A DNA stretch of 64,000 bases, taken from NCBI GenBank assembly GCA_964016885.1, contig OZ024741.1, positions 271,684,001 through 271,748,000 of the forward strand. Direction: 5' to 3'. The stretch is from Eledone cirrhosa (lineage: Eukaryota). Both the position numbers and the translations under genes were made by a program. Shown piece after piece: positions 13,116 through 28,100 of the stretch; position 1 is the first letter of the stretch, and every line of letters starts with the position of its first letter. The notes under the pieces were generated by a model. That model was not told the origin of the DNA and searched no databases. It worked only from the letters and a program-made list of their open reading frames with translations.

Positions 13116-16100
13116 AACCTGGTGGAGCCCATCCCTCACCAGTCTTAGATATTCTAAACCTGGTGGAGCCCATCTCTCCAGTCTTAGATATTCTAAATCT
13201 GGTGGAGCCCATCTCTCTCCAGTCTTAGATATTCTAAACCTGGTGGAGCACATCCCTCTCTGGTCTTAGATATTCTAAACCTGGTGGGACCCATCGCTCT
13301 CTGGTCTTAGATATTCTAAACCTGGTGGACCCCATCTCTTTCCAGTCTTAGATATTCTAAACCTGGTGAAGCCCATCTCTCTCCAGTCTTAGATATTCTA
13401 AACCTGGTGGGACCCATCTCTCTCCAGTATTAGATATTCTAAACCTGGTGGGACCCATCTCTCTCCAGTCTTAGATATTCTAAACCTGGTGGACCCCATC
13501 CCTCTCCAGTCTTAGATATTCTAAACCTGGTGGAGCCCATCTCTCTCCAGTCTTAGATATTCTAAACCTGGTGAAGCCCATCTCTCTCCAGTCTTAGATA
13601 TTCTAAACCTGGTGGGACCCATCTCTCTCCAGTATTAGATATTCTAAACCTGGTGGAGCACATCCCTCTCTGGTCTTAGATATTCTAGACCTGGTTGGAC
13701 CCATCTCTCTCCAGTCTTAGATATTCTAAACCTGGTGGAGCCCATCTCTCTCTGGTCTTATATATTCGAAATCTGGTGGAGCCCATCTCTCTCCAGTCTT
13801 AGATATTCTAAGCCTGGTGGACCCCATCTCTCTCTCTCTGGTCTTAGATATTCTAAACCTGGTGGACCCCATCCCTCTCCAGTCTTAGATATTCTAAACC
13901 TGGTGGAGCCCATCTCTCTCCAGTCTTAGATATTCTAAACCTGGTGGAGCCCATCTCTCTCCAGTCTTAGATATTCTAAATCTGGTGGACCCCATCTCTC
14001 TCTGGTCTTAGATATTCTCAACCTGGTGGAACCCATCTCTCTCCAGTCTTAGATATTCTAAACCTGGTGGGACCCATCTCTCTCTGGTCTTAGATATTCT
14101 AAACCTGGTGGACCCCATCTCTCTCCAGTCTTAGATATTCTAAACCTGGTTGGACCCATCTCTCTCCAGTCTTCGATATTCTAAACCTGGTGGGACCCAT
14201 CTCTCTCTGGTCTTAGATATTCTGAACCTGGTGGACCCCATCTCTCCAGTCTTAGATATTCTAAACCTGGTGTGACCCATCCCTCTCTGGTCTTAGAGAT
14301 TATAAACATGGTGGAGCCCATCTCTCTCTGGTCTTAGATATTCTAATCCTGGTGGAACCCATCTCTCTCTGGTCTTAGATATTCTAAATCTGGTGGAGCC
14401 CATCTCTCTCCAGTCTTAGATATTCTAAACCTGGTGGAGCCCATCTCTCTCCAGTCTTAGATATTCTAAACCTGGTGGAGCCCATCTGTCTCCAGTCTTA
14501 GATATTCTAAACCTGGTGGAGCCCATCTCTCTCTGGTCTTAGATATTCTAAACCTGGTGGGACCCATCTCTCTCTGGTCTTAGATATTCTAAACCTGGTG
14601 GAGCCCATCTGTCTCCAGTCTTAGATATTCTAAACCTGGTGGAGCCCATCTCTCTCTGGTCTTAGATATTCTAAATCTGGTGGACCCCATCTCTCTCTGG
14701 TCTTAGATATTCTAAACCTGGTGGAGCCCATGTCTCTGTGGTCTTAGATATTCTAAACCTGGTGGAGCCGATCTCTCTCTAGTCTTAGATATTCTAAACC
14801 TGGTGGGACCCATCTCTCTCTGGTCTTAGATATTCTAAACCTGGTGGACCCCATCTGGCTCCAGTCTTAGATATTCTAAACCTGGTGGACCCCATCTCTC
14901 TCCAGTCTTAGATATTCTAAACCTGGTGGGACCCATCTCTCTCTGGTCTTAGATATTCTAAACCTGGTGGATCCCATCTCTCTCCAGTCTGAGATATTCT
15001 AAACCTGGTGGAGCCCATCTCTCTCTGGTCTTAGTAATTCTAAATCTGGTGGAGCCCATCTCTCTCCAGTCTTAGATATTCTAAACCTGGTGGAGCCCAT
15101 CTCTCTCTGGTCTTATATATTCTAAATCTGGTGGACCCCATCTCTCTCTGGTCTTAGATATTCTAATCCTGGTGGGACCCATCTCTCTCTGGTCTTAGAT
15201 ATTCTAAACCTGGTGGACACCATCTCTCTCCAGTCTTAGATAATTTAAACCTGGTGGGACCCATCTCTCTCTGGTCTTAGATATTCTAAACCTGGTGGAC
15301 ACCATCTCTCTCCAGTCTTAGATATTCTAAACCTGGTGGACCCCATCTCTCTCCAGTCTTAGATATTCTAAACCTGGTTGGACCCATCTCTCTCCAGTCT
15401 TAGATATTCTAATCCTGGTGGAACCCATCTCTCTCCAGTCTTAGAGATTCTAAACCTGGTGGAGCCCATCTCTCTCTGGTCTTAGATATTCTAATCCTGG
15501 TGGAACCCATCTCTCTCCAGTCTTAGAGATTCTAAACCTGGTGGAGCCCATCTCTCTCTGGTCTTAGATATTCTAAACCTGGTGGACACCATCTCTCTCC
15601 AGTCTTAGATATTCTAAACCTGGTGGACCCCATCTCTCTCCAGTCTTAGATATTCTAAACCTGGTTGGACCCATCTCTCTCCAGTCTTAGATATTCTAAA
15701 CCTGGTGGGACCCATCTCACTCTGGTCTTAGATATTCTGAACCTGGTGGACCCCATCTCTCTCCAGTCTTAGATATTCTAAACCTGGTGAGACCCATCCC
15801 TCTCTGGTCTTAGAGATTATAAACATGGTGGAGCCCATCTCTCTCTGGTCTTAGATATTCTAATCCTGGTGGAACCCATCTCTCTCTGGTCTTAGATATT
15901 CTAAACCTGGTGGAGCCCATCTCTCTCTGGTCTTAGATATTCTAAATCTGGTGGAGCCCATCTCTCTCCAGTCTTAGATATTCTAAACCTGGTGGAGCAC
16001 ATCCCTCTCTGGTCTTTGATATTCTAAACCTGGTGGGACCCATCGCTCTCTGGTCTTAGATATTCTAAACCTGGTGGACCCCATCTCTCTCCAGTCTTAG

Positions 16101-19100
16101 ATATTCTAAACCTGGTGGACCCCATCTCTCTCCAGTCTTAGATATTCTAAACCTGGTTGGACCCATCTCTCTCCAGTCTTAGATATTCTAAACCTGGTGG
16201 GACCCATCTCTCTCTGGTGTTAGATATTCTGAACCTGGTGGACCCCATCTCTCTCCAGTCTTAGATAATCTAAACCTGGTGGAGCCCATCTCTCTCTGGT
16301 CTTAGATAATCTAAACCTGGTGGAGCCCATCTCTCTCCAGTCTTAGAGATTCTAAACCTGGTGGGACCCATTTCTCTCTGCTCTTAGATATTCTAAATCT
16401 GGTGGAGCCCATCTCTCTCCAGTCTTAGATATTCTAAACCTGGTGGAGCCCATGTCTCTGTGGTTTTAGATATTCTAAACCTGGTGGAGCCGATCTCTCT
16501 CTAGTCTTAGATATTCTAAACCTGGTGGGACCCATCTCTCTCTGGTCTTAGATATTCTAAACCTGGTGGAGCCCATCTGTCTCCAGTCTTAGATATTCTA
16601 AACCTGGTGGGACCCATTTCTCTCTGCTCTTAGATATTCTAAATCTGGTGGAGCCCATCTCTCTCCAGTCTTAGATATTCTAAACCTGGTGGAGCCCATG
16701 TCTCTGTGGTTTTAGATATTCTAAACCTGGTGGAGCCGATCTCTCTCTAGTCTTAGATATTCTAAACCTGGTGGGACCCATCTCTCTCTGGTCTTAGATA
16801 TTCTAAACCTGGTGGACCCCATCTCTCTCCAGTCTTAGATATTCTAAACCTGGTTGGACCCATCTCTCTCCAGTCTTAGATATTCTAATCCTGGTGGAAC
16901 CCATCTCTCTCCAGTCTTAGAGATTCTAAACCTGGTGGAGCCCATCTCTCTCTGGTCTTAGATATTCTAATCCTGGTGGAACCCATCTCTCTCCAGTCTT
17001 AGAGATTCTAAACCTGGTGGAGCCCATCTCTCTCTGGTCTTAGATATTCTAAACCTGGTGGACACCATCTCTCTCCAGTCTTAGATATTCTAAACCTGGT
17101 GGACCCCATCTCTCTCCAGTCTTAGATATTCTAAACCTGGTTGGACCCATCTCTCTCCAGTCTTAGATATTCTAAACCTGGTGGGACCCATCTCACTCTG
17201 GTCTTAGATATTCTGAACCTGGTGGACCCCATCTCTCTCCAGTCTTAGATATTCTAAACCTGGTGAGACCCATCCCTCTCTGGTCTTAGAGATTATAAAC
17301 ATGGTGGAGCCCATCTCTCTCTGGTCTTAGATATTCTAATCCTGGTGGAACCCATCTCTCTCTGGTCTTAGATATTCTAAACCTGGTGGAGCCCATCTCT
17401 CTCTGGTCTTAGATATTCTAAATCTGGTGGAGCCCATCTCTCTCCAGTCTTAGATATTCTAAACCTGGTGGAGCACATCCCTCTCTGGTCTTTGATATTC
17501 TAAACCTGGTGGGACCCATCGCTCTCTGGTCTTAGATATTCTAAACCTGGTGGACCCCATCTCTCTCCAGTCTTAGATATTCTAAACCTGGTGGACCCCA
17601 TCTCTCTCCAGTCTTAGATATTCTAAACCTGGTTGGACCCATCTCTCTCCAGTCTTAGATATTCTAAACCTGGTGGGACCCATCTCTCTCTGGTGTTAGA
17701 TATTCTGAACCTGGTGGACCCCATCTCTCTCCAGTCTTAGATAATCTAAACCTGGTGGAGCCCATCTCTCTCTGGTCTTAGATAATCTAAACCTGGTGGA
17801 GCCCATCTCTCTCCAGTCTTAGAGATTCTAAACCTGGTGGGACCCATTTCTCTCTGCTCTTAGATATTCTAAATCTGGTGGAGCCCATCTCTCTCCAGTC
17901 TTAGATATTCTAAACCTGGTGGAGCCCATGTCTCTGTGGTTTTAGATATTCTAAACCTGGTGGAGCCGATCTCTCTCTAGTCTTAGATATTCTAAACCTG
18001 GTGGGACCCATCTCTCTCTGGTCTTAGATATTCTAAACCTGGTGGAGCCCATCTGTCTCCAGTCTTAGATATTCTAAACCTGGTGGAGCCCATCTCTCTC
18101 TGGTCTTAGATATTCTAAATCTGGTGGACCCCATCTCTCTCTGGTCTTAGATATTCTAAACCTGGTGGAGCCCATGTCTCTGTGGTCTTAGATATTCTAA
18201 ACCTGGTGGAGCCGATCTCTCTCTAGTCTTAGATATTCTAAACCTGGTGGGACCCATCTCTCTCTGGTCTTAGATATTCTAAACCTGGTGGACCCCATCT
18301 GTCTCCAGTCTTAGAGATTCTAAACCTGGTGGGACCCATCTCTCTCTGCTCTTAGATATTCTAAATCTGGTGGAGCCCATCTCTCTCTGGTCTTAGATAT
18401 TCTAAACCTGGTGGACCCCATCTCTCTCCAGTCTTAGATATTCTAAACCTGGTGGGACCCATCTCTCTCTGGTCTTAGATATTCTAAACCTGGTGGAACC
18501 CATCTCTCTCCAGTCTTAGATATTCTAAATCTGGTGGATCCCATCTCTCTCTGGTCTTAGATAATCTAAACATGGTGGAACCCATCTCTCTCCAGTCTTA
18601 GAGATTCCAAACCTGGTGGGACCCATCTCTCTCTGCTCTTAGATATTCTAAATCTGGTGGAGCCCATCTCTCTCCAGTCTTAGATATTCTAAACCTGGTG
18701 GATCCCATCTCTCTCCAGTCTTAGATATTCTAAACCTGGTGGGACCCATCTCTCTCTGGTCTTAGATATTCTAAACCTGGTGGACCCCATCTCTCTCCAG
18801 TCTTAGAGATTCTAAACCTGGTGGAGCCCATCTCTCTCTGGTCTTAGATATTCTAATCCTGGTGGAACCCATCTCTCTCCAGTCTTAGATATTTTAAACC
18901 TGGTGGGACCCATCTCTCTCTGGTCTTAGATATTCTAAACCTGGTGGACACCATCTCTCTCCAGTCTTAGATATTCTAAACCTGGTGGACGCCATCTCTC
19001 TCCAGTCTTAGATATTCTAAACCTGGTGGGACCCATCTCTCTCCAGACTTAGATATTCTAAACCTGGTGGGACCCATCTCTCTCCAGTCTTAGATATTCT

Positions 19101-22100
19101 GAACCTGGTGGACCCCATCTCTCTCCAGTCTTAGATATTCTAAACCTGGTGGTCCCCATCCCTCTCCAGTCTTAGATATTCTAAACCTGGTGGACCCCAT
19201 CTCTCTCCAGTCTTAGATATTCTAAACCTGGTGGGACCCATCTCTCTCCAGTCTTAGATATTCTAAACCTGGTGGAACCCATCTCTCTCCAGTCTTAGAT
19301 ATTCTAAATCTGGTGGATCCCATCTCTCTCTGGTCTTAGATAATCTAAACATGGTGGAACCCATCTCTCTCCAGTCTTAGAGATTCCAAACCTGGTGGGA
19401 CCCATCTCTCTCTGCTCTTAGATATTCTAAATCTGGTGGAGCCCATCTCTCTCCAGTCTTAGATATTCTAAACCTGGTGGATCCCATCTCTCTCCAGTCT
19501 TAGATATTCTAAACCTGGTGGGACCCATCTCTCTCTGGTCTTAGATATTCTAAACCTGGTGGACCCCATCTCTCTCCAGTCTTAGAGATTCTAAACCTGG
19601 TGGAGCCCATCTCTCTCTGGTCTTAGATATTCTAATCCTGGTGGAACCCATCTCTCTCCAGTCTTAGATATTTTAAACCTGGTGGGACCCATCTCTCTCT
19701 GGTCTTAGATATTCTAAACCTGGTGGACACCATCTCTCTCCAGTCTTAGATATTCTAAACCTGGTGGACGCCATCTCTCTCCAGTCTTAGATATTCTAAA
19801 CCTGGTGGGACCCATCTCTCTCCAGTCTTAGATATTCTAAACCTGGTGGGACCCATCTCTCTCCAGTCTTAGATATTCTGAACCTGGTGGACCCCATCTC
19901 TCTCCAGTCTTAGATATTCTAAACCTGGTGGTCCCCATCCCTCTCCAGTCTTAGATATTCTAAACCTGGTGGAGCCTATCTCTCTCTGGTCTTAGATATT
20001 CTAATCCTGGTGGAACCGATCTCTCTCCAGTCTTAGATATTCTAAACCTGGTGGAGCCCATCTCTCTCTGGTCTTAGATATTCTAAATCTGGTGGACCCC
20101 ATCTCTCTGGTCTTAGATATTCTAAACCTGGTTGGACCCATCTCTCTCCAGTCTTAGATATTCTAAACCTGGTGGACCCCATCTCTCTCCAGTCTTAGAG
20201 ATTCTAAACCTGGTGGAGCCCATCTCTCTCTGGTCTTAGATATTCTAATCCTGGTGGACCCCATCTCTCTGGTCTTAGATATTCTAAACCTGGTTGGACC
20301 CATCTCTCTCCAGTCTTAGATATTCTAAACCTGGTGGACCCCATCTCTCTCCAGTCTTAGAGATTCTAAACCTGGTGGAGCCCATCTCTCTCTGGTCTTA
20401 GATATTCTAATCCTGGTGGAACCCATCTCTCTCCAGTCTTAGATATTTTAAACCTGGTGGAGCCCATCCCTCTCTGGTCTTAGATATTCTAAATCTGGTG
20501 GACCCCATCTCTCTGGTCTTAGATATTCTAGACCTGGTTGGACCCATCTCTCTCCAGTCTTAGATATTCTAAACCTGGTGGATCCCATCTCTCTCTGGTC
20601 TTATATATTCGAAATCTGGTGGAGCCCATCTCTCTCCAGTCTTAGATATTCGTAACCTGGTGGACCCCATCTCTCTCCAGTCTTAGATATTCTAAGCCTG
20701 GTGGACCCCATCTCTCTCTCTCTGGTCTTAGATATTCTAAACCTGGTGGACCCCATCCCTCTCCAGTCTTAGATATTCTAAACCTGGTGGAGCCCATCTC
20801 TCTCCAGTCTTAGATATTCTAAACCTGGTGGAGCCCATCTCTCTCCAGTCTTAGATATTCTAAATCTGGTGGACCCCATCTCTCTCTGGTCTTAGATATT
20901 CTCAACCTGGTGGAACCCATCTCTCTCCAGTCTTAGATATTCTAAACCTGGTGGGACCCATCTCTCTCTGGTCTTAGATATTCTAAACCTGGTGGACCCC
21001 ATCTCTCTCCAGTCTTAGAGATTCTAAACCTGGTGGAGCCCATCTCTCTCTGGTCTTAGATATTCTAATCCTGGTGGAACCCATCTCTCTCCAGTCTTAG
21101 AGATTCTAAACCTGGTGGAGCCCATCTCTCTCTGGTCTTAGATATTCTAAACCTGGTGGACACCATCTCTCTCCAGTCTTAGATATTCTAAACCTGGTGG
21201 ACCCCATCTCTCTCCAGTCTTAGATATTCTAAACCTGGTTGGACCCATCTCTCTCCAGTCTTAGATATTCTAAACCTGGTGGGACCCATCTCACTCTGGT
21301 CTTAGATATTCTGAACCTGGTGGACCCCATCTCTCTCCAGTCTTAGATATTCTAAACCTGGTGAGACCCATCCCTCTCTGGTCTTAGAGATTATAAACAT
21401 GGTGGAGCCCATCTCTCTCTGGTCTTAGATATTCTAATCCTGGTGGAACCCATCTCTCTCTGGTCTTAGATATTCTAAATCTGGTGGAGCCCATCTTTCT
21501 CCAGTCTTAGATATTCTAAACCTGGTGGAGCCCATCTCTCTCCAGTCTTAGATATTCTAAATCTGGTGGATCCCATCTCTCTCTGGTCTTAGATAATCTA
21601 AACCTGGTGGAGCCCATCTCTCTCCAGTCTTAGAGATTCCAAACCTGGTGGGACCCATCTCTCTCTGCTCTTAGATATTCTAAATCTGGTGGAGCCCATC
21701 TCTCTCCAGTCTTAGATATTCTAAACCTGGTGGACCCCATCTCTCTCCAGTCTTAGATATTCTAAACCTGGTGGGACCCATCTCTCTCTGGTCTTAGATA
21801 TTCTAAACCTGGTGGACCCCATCTCTCTCCAGTCTTAGATATTCTAAACCTGGTGGAGCCCATCTCTCTCTGGTCTTAGTAATTCTAAATCGGGTGGAGC
21901 CCATCTCTCTCCAGTCTTAGATATTCTAAACCTGGTGGAGCCCATCTCTCTCTGGTCTTATATATTCTAAATCTGGTGGACCCCATCTCTCTGGTCTTAG
22001 ATATTCTAAACCTGGTGGACCCCATCTCTCTCTGGTCTTAGATATTCTAAACCTGGTGGAGACCATCTCTCTCTGGTCTTATATATTCTAAACCTGGTGG

Positions 22101-25100
22101 ACCCCATCTCTCTCTGGTCTTAGATATTCTAAACCTGGTGGAGACCATCTCTCTCTGGTCTTATATATTCTAAACCTGGTGGACCCCATCTCTCTGGTCT
22201 TAGATATTCTAAACCTGGTGGACCCCATCTCTCTCTGGTCTTAGATATTCTAAACCTGGTGGAGCCCATCTCTCTCTGGTCTTATATATTCAAAATCTGG
22301 TGGAGCCCATCTCTCTCCAGTCTTAGATATTCTAAACCTGGTGGGACCCATCTCTCTCCAGTCTTAGATATTCCAAACCGGGTGGATCCCATCTCTCTCT
22401 GGTCTTAGATATTCTAAACATGGTGGACCCCATCTCTCTCCAGTCTTAGATATTCTAAACCTGGTGGGACCCATCTCTCTCTAGTCTTAGATATTCTACA
22501 CCTCATGGAGCCCATCTCTCTCCAGTCTTAGATATTCTAAACCTGGTGGTCCCCATCCCTCTCCAGTCTTAGATATTCTAAACCTGGAGGACCCCATCTC
22601 TCTCCAGTCTTAGATATTCCAAACCGGGTGGATCCCATCTCTCTCTGGTCTTAGATATTCTAAACATGGTGGACCCCATCTCTCTCCAGTCTTAGATATT
22701 CTAAACCTGGTGGGACCCATCTCTCTCTGGTCTTAGATATTCTAAACCTGGTGGACCCCATCTCTCTCCAGTCTTAGAGATTCTAAACCTGGTGGAGCCC
22801 ATCTCTCTCTGGTCTTAGATATTCTAATCCTGGTGGAACCCATCTCTCTCCAGTCTTAGATAATTTAAACCTGGTGGGACCCATCTCTCTCTGGTCTTAG
22901 ATATTCTAAACCTGGTGGACACCATCTCTCTCCAGTCTTAGATATTCTAAACCTGGTGGACCCCATCTCTCTCCAGTCTTAGATATTCTAAACCTGGTGG
23001 GACCCATCTCTCTCTGGTGTTAGATATTCTGAACCTGGTGGACCCCATCTCTCTCCAGTCTTAGATATTCTAAACCTGGTGAGACCCATCCCTCTCTGGT
23101 CTTAGAGATTCTAAACCTGGTGGACCCCATCTCTCTCTGGTCTTAGATATTCTAAACCTGGTGGACACCATCTCTCCACAGTCTTAGATATTCTAAACCT
23201 GGTGGAGCCCATCTCTCTCTGGTCTTAGATATTCTAAATCTGGTGGACCCCATCTCTCTCTGGTCTTAGATATTCTATACCTGGTGGAGCCTATGTCTCT
23301 GTGGTCTTAGATATTCTAAACCTGGTGGAGCCGATCTCTCTCTAGTCTTAGATATTCTAAACCTGGTGGGACCCATCTCTCTCTGGTCTTAGATATTCTA
23401 AACCTGGTGGAGCCCATCTGTCTCCAGTCTTAGATATTCTAAACCTGGTGGAGCCCATCCCTCTCTGGTCTTAGATATTCTAAATCTGGTGGACCCCATC
23501 TCTCTGGTCTTAGATATTCTAAACCTGGTTGGACCCATCTCTCTCCAGTCTTAGATATTCTAAACCTGGTGGAGCCCATCTCTCTCTGGTCTTATATATT
23601 CGAAATCTGGTGGAGCCCATCTCTCTCCAGTCTTAGATATTCGTAACCTGGTGGACCCCATCTCTCTCCAGTCTTAGATATTCTAAGCCTGGTGGACCCC
23701 ATCTCTCTCTCTCTGGTCTTAGATATTCTAAACCTGGTGGACCCCATCCCTCTCCAGTCTTAGATATTCTAAACCTGGTGGAGCCCATCTCTCTCCAGTC
23801 TTAGATATTCTAAATCTGGTGGACCCCATCTCTCTCTGGTCTTAGATATTCTCAACCTGGTGGAACCCATCTCTCTCCAGTCTTAGATATTCTAAACCTG
23901 GTGGGACCCATCTCTCTCTGGTCTTAGATATTCTAAACCTGGTGGAGCCCATCTCTCTCCAGTCTTAGATATTCTAAACCTGGTGAGACCCATCTCTCTC
24001 TGGTCTTAGATTTTCTAGACCTGGTGGACCCCATCTCTCTCCAGTCTTAGAGATTCTAAACCTGGTGGAGCCCATCTCTCTCTGGTCTTAGATATTCTAA
24101 TCCTGGTGGAACCCATCTCTCTCCAGTCTTAGATATTCTAAACCTGGTGGACCCCATCTCTCTCCAGTCTTAGATATTCTAAACCTGGTTGGACCCATCT
24201 CTCTCCAGTCTTCGATATTCTAAACCTGGTGGGACCCATCTCTCTCTGGTCTTAGATATTCTGAACCTGGTGGACCCCATCTCTCCAGTCTTAAATATTC
24301 TAAACCTGGTGTGACCCATCCCTCTCTGGTCTTAGAGATTATAAACATGGTGGAGCCCATCTCTCTCTGGTCTTAGATATTCTAATCCTGGTGGAACCCA
24401 TCTCTCTCTGGTCTTAGATATTCTAAATCTGGTGGAGCCCATCTCTCTCCAGTCTTAGATATTCTAAACCTGGTGGAGCCCATCTCTCTCCAGTCTTAGA
24501 TATTCTAAATCTGGTGGATCCCATCTCTCTCTGGTCTTAGATAATCTAAACCTGGTGGAGCCCATCTCTCTCCAGTCTTAGAGATTCCAAACCTGGTGGG
24601 ACCCATCTCTCTCTGCTCTTAGATATTCTAAATCTGGTGGAGCCCATCTCTCTCCAGTCTTAGATATTCTAAACCTGGTGGACCCCATCTCTCTCCAGTC
24701 TTAGATATTCTAAACCTGGTGGGACCCATCTCTCTCTGGTCTTAGATATTCTAAACCTGGTGGACCCCATCTCTCTCTGGTCTTAGATATTCTAAACCTG
24801 GTGGAGACCATCTCTCTCTGGTCTTAGATATTCTAAACCTGGTGGACCCCATCTCTCTCCAGTCTTAGATATTCTGAACCTGGTGGACCCCATCTCTCTC
24901 CAGTCTTAGATATTCTAAACCAGGTGGTCCCCATCCCTCTCCAGTCTTAGATATTCTAAACCTGGTGGACCCCATCTCTCTCCAGTCTTAGATATTCTAA
25001 ACCTGATGGAGCCCATCTCCCTCCAGTCTTAGATATTCTAAACCTGGTGGTCCCCATCCCTCTCCAGTCTTAGATATTATAAACCTGGTGGACCCCATCT

Positions 25101-28100
25101 CTCTCTCTGGTCTTAGATATTCTAAACCTGGTGGTCCCCATCCCTCTCCAGTCTTAGATATTCTAAACCTGGTGGACCCCATCTCTCTCCAGTCTTAGAT
25201 ATTCTAAACCTGGTGGAGCCCATCTCTCTGGTCTTAGATATTCTAAACCTGGTTGGACCCATCTCTCTCCAGTCTTAGATATTCTAAACCTGGTGGAGCC
25301 CATCTCTCTCTGGTCTTATATATTCGAAATCTGGTGGAGCCCATCTCTCTCCAGTCTTAGATATTCGTAACCTGGTGGAACCCATCTCTCTCCAGTCTTA
25401 GATATTCTAAGCCTGGTGGACCCCATCTCTCTCTCTCTCTGGTCTTAGATATTCTAAACCTGGTGGACCCCATCCCTCTCCAGTGTTAGATATTCTAAAC
25501 CTGGTGGAGCCCATCTCTCTCCAGTCTTAGATATTCTAATCCTGGTGGAACCGATCTCTCTCCAGTCTTAGATATTTTAAACCTGGTGGGACCCATCTCT
25601 CTCTGGTCTTAGATATTCTAAACCTGGTGGACACCATCTCTCTCCAGTCTTAGATATTCTAAACCTGGTGGACCCCATCTCTCTCTCTGGTCTTAGATAT
25701 TCTAAACCTGGTGGTCCCCATCCCTCTCCAGTCTTAGATATTCTAAACCTGGTGGACCCCATCTCTCTCCAGTGTTAGATATTTTAAACCTGGTGGAGCC
25801 CATCTCTCTCCAGTCTTAGATATTCTAAACCTGGTGGAGCCCATCTCTCTCCAGTCTTAGATATTCTAAATCTGGTGGACCCCATCTCTCTCTGGTCTTA
25901 GATATTCTCAACCTGGTGGAACCCATCTCTCTCCAGTCTTAGATATTCTAAACCTGGTGGGACCCATCTCTCTCTGGTCTTAGATATTCTAAACCTGGTG
26001 GAGCCCATCTCTCTCCAGTCTTAGATATTCTAAACCTGGTGAGACCCATCTCTCTCTGGTCTTCGATATTCTAGACCTGGTGGACCCCATCTCTCTCCAG
26101 TCTTAGAGATTCTAAACCTGGTGGACCCCATCTCTCTCTGGTCTTAGATATTCTCAACCTGGTGGAACCCATCTCTCTCCAGTCTTAGAGATTCTAAACC
26201 TGGTGGAGCCCATCTCTCTCTGGTCTTAGATATTCTAAACCTGGTGGACACCATCTCTCTCCAGTCTTAGATATTCTAAACCTGGTGGACCCCATCTCTC
26301 TCCAGTCTTAGATATTCTAAACCTGGTTGGACCCATCTCACTCCAGTCTTAGATATTCTAAACCTGGTGGGACCCATCTCTCTCTGGTCTTAGATATTCT
26401 GAACCTGGTGGATCCCATCTCTCTCTGGTCTTAGATATTCTAAACCTGGTGGAGCCCATCTCTCTCTGGTCTTAGTAATTCTAAATCTGGTGGTCCCCAT
26501 CTCTCTCCAGTCTTAGATATTCTAAACCTGGTTGGACCCATCTCTCTCCAGTCTTAGATATTCTAAACCTGGTGGGACCCATCTCTCTCTGGTCTTAGAT
26601 ATTCTGAACCTGGTGGATCCCATCTCTCTCTGGTCTTAGATATTCTAAACCTGGTGGAGCCCATCTCTCTCTGGTCTTAGTAATTCTAAACCTGGTGGAC
26701 CCCATCTCTCTCCAGTCTTAGATATTCTAAACCTGGTTGGACCCATCTCTCTCCAGTCTTAGATATTCTAAACCTGGTGGGACCCATCTCTCTCTGGTCT
26801 TAGATATTCTGAACCTGGTGGACCCCATCTCTCTCCAGTCTTAGATATTCTAAACCTGGTGGAGCCCATCTCTTTCCAGTCTTAGATATTCTAAACCTGG
26901 TGAGACCCATCCCTCTCTGGTCTTAGAGATTATAAACATGGTGGAGCCCATCTCTCTCTGGTCTTAGATATTCTAATCCTGGTGGAACCCATCTCTCTCT
27001 GGTCTTAGATATTCTAAATCTGGTGGAGCCCATCTCTCTCCAGTCTTAGATATTCTAAACCTGGTGGAGCCCATCTCTCTCCAGTCTTAGATATTCTAAA
27101 TCTGGTGGATCCCATCTCTCTCTGGTCTTAGATAATCTAAACCTGGTGGAGCCCATCTCTCTCCAGTCTTAGAGATTCCAAACCTGGTGGGACCCATCTC
27201 TCTCTGCTCTTAGATATTCTAAATCTGGTGGAGCCCATCTCTCTCCAGTCTTAGATATTCTAAACCTGGTGGACCCCATCTCTCTCCAGTCTTAGATATT
27301 CTAAACCTGGTGGAGCCCATCTCTCTCTGGTCTTAGATATTCTAATCCTGGTGGAACCCATCTCTCTCCAGTCTTAGATATTTTAAACCTGGTGGGACCC
27401 CTCTCTCTCTGGTCTTAGATATTCTAAACCTGGTGGACACCATCTCTCTCCAGTCTTAGATATTCTGAACCTGGTGGACCCCATCTCTCTCCAGTCTTAG
27501 ATATTCTAAACCTGGTGGGACCCATCTCTCTCCAGTCTTAGATATTCTGAACCTGGTGGACCCCATCTCTCTCCAGTCTTAGAGATTCTAAACCTGGTGG
27601 AGCCCATCTCTCTCCAGTCTTAGATATTCTAAACCTGGTTGGACCCATCTCACTCCAGTCTTAGATATTCTAAACCTGGTGGGACCCATCTCTCTCTGGT
27701 CTTAGATATTCTGAACCTGGTGGATCCCATCTCTCTCTGGTCTTAGATATTCTAAACCTGGTGGAGCCCATCTCTCTCCAGTCTTAGATATTCTCAACCA
27801 GGTGGAACCCATCTCTCTCCAGTCTTAGAGATTCTAAACCTGGTGGAGCCCATCTCTCTCTGGTCTTAGATATTCTAAACCTGGTGGACACCATCTCTCT
27901 CCAGTCTTAGATATTCTAAACCTGGTGGACCCCATCTCTCTCCAGTCTTAGATATTCTAAACCTGGTTGGACCCATCTCTCTCCAGTCTTAGATATTCTA
28001 AACCTGGTGGGACCCATCTCTCTCTGGTCTTAGATATTCTGAACCTGGTGGACCCCATCTCTCTCCAGTCTTAGATATTCTAAACCTGGTGGAGCCCATC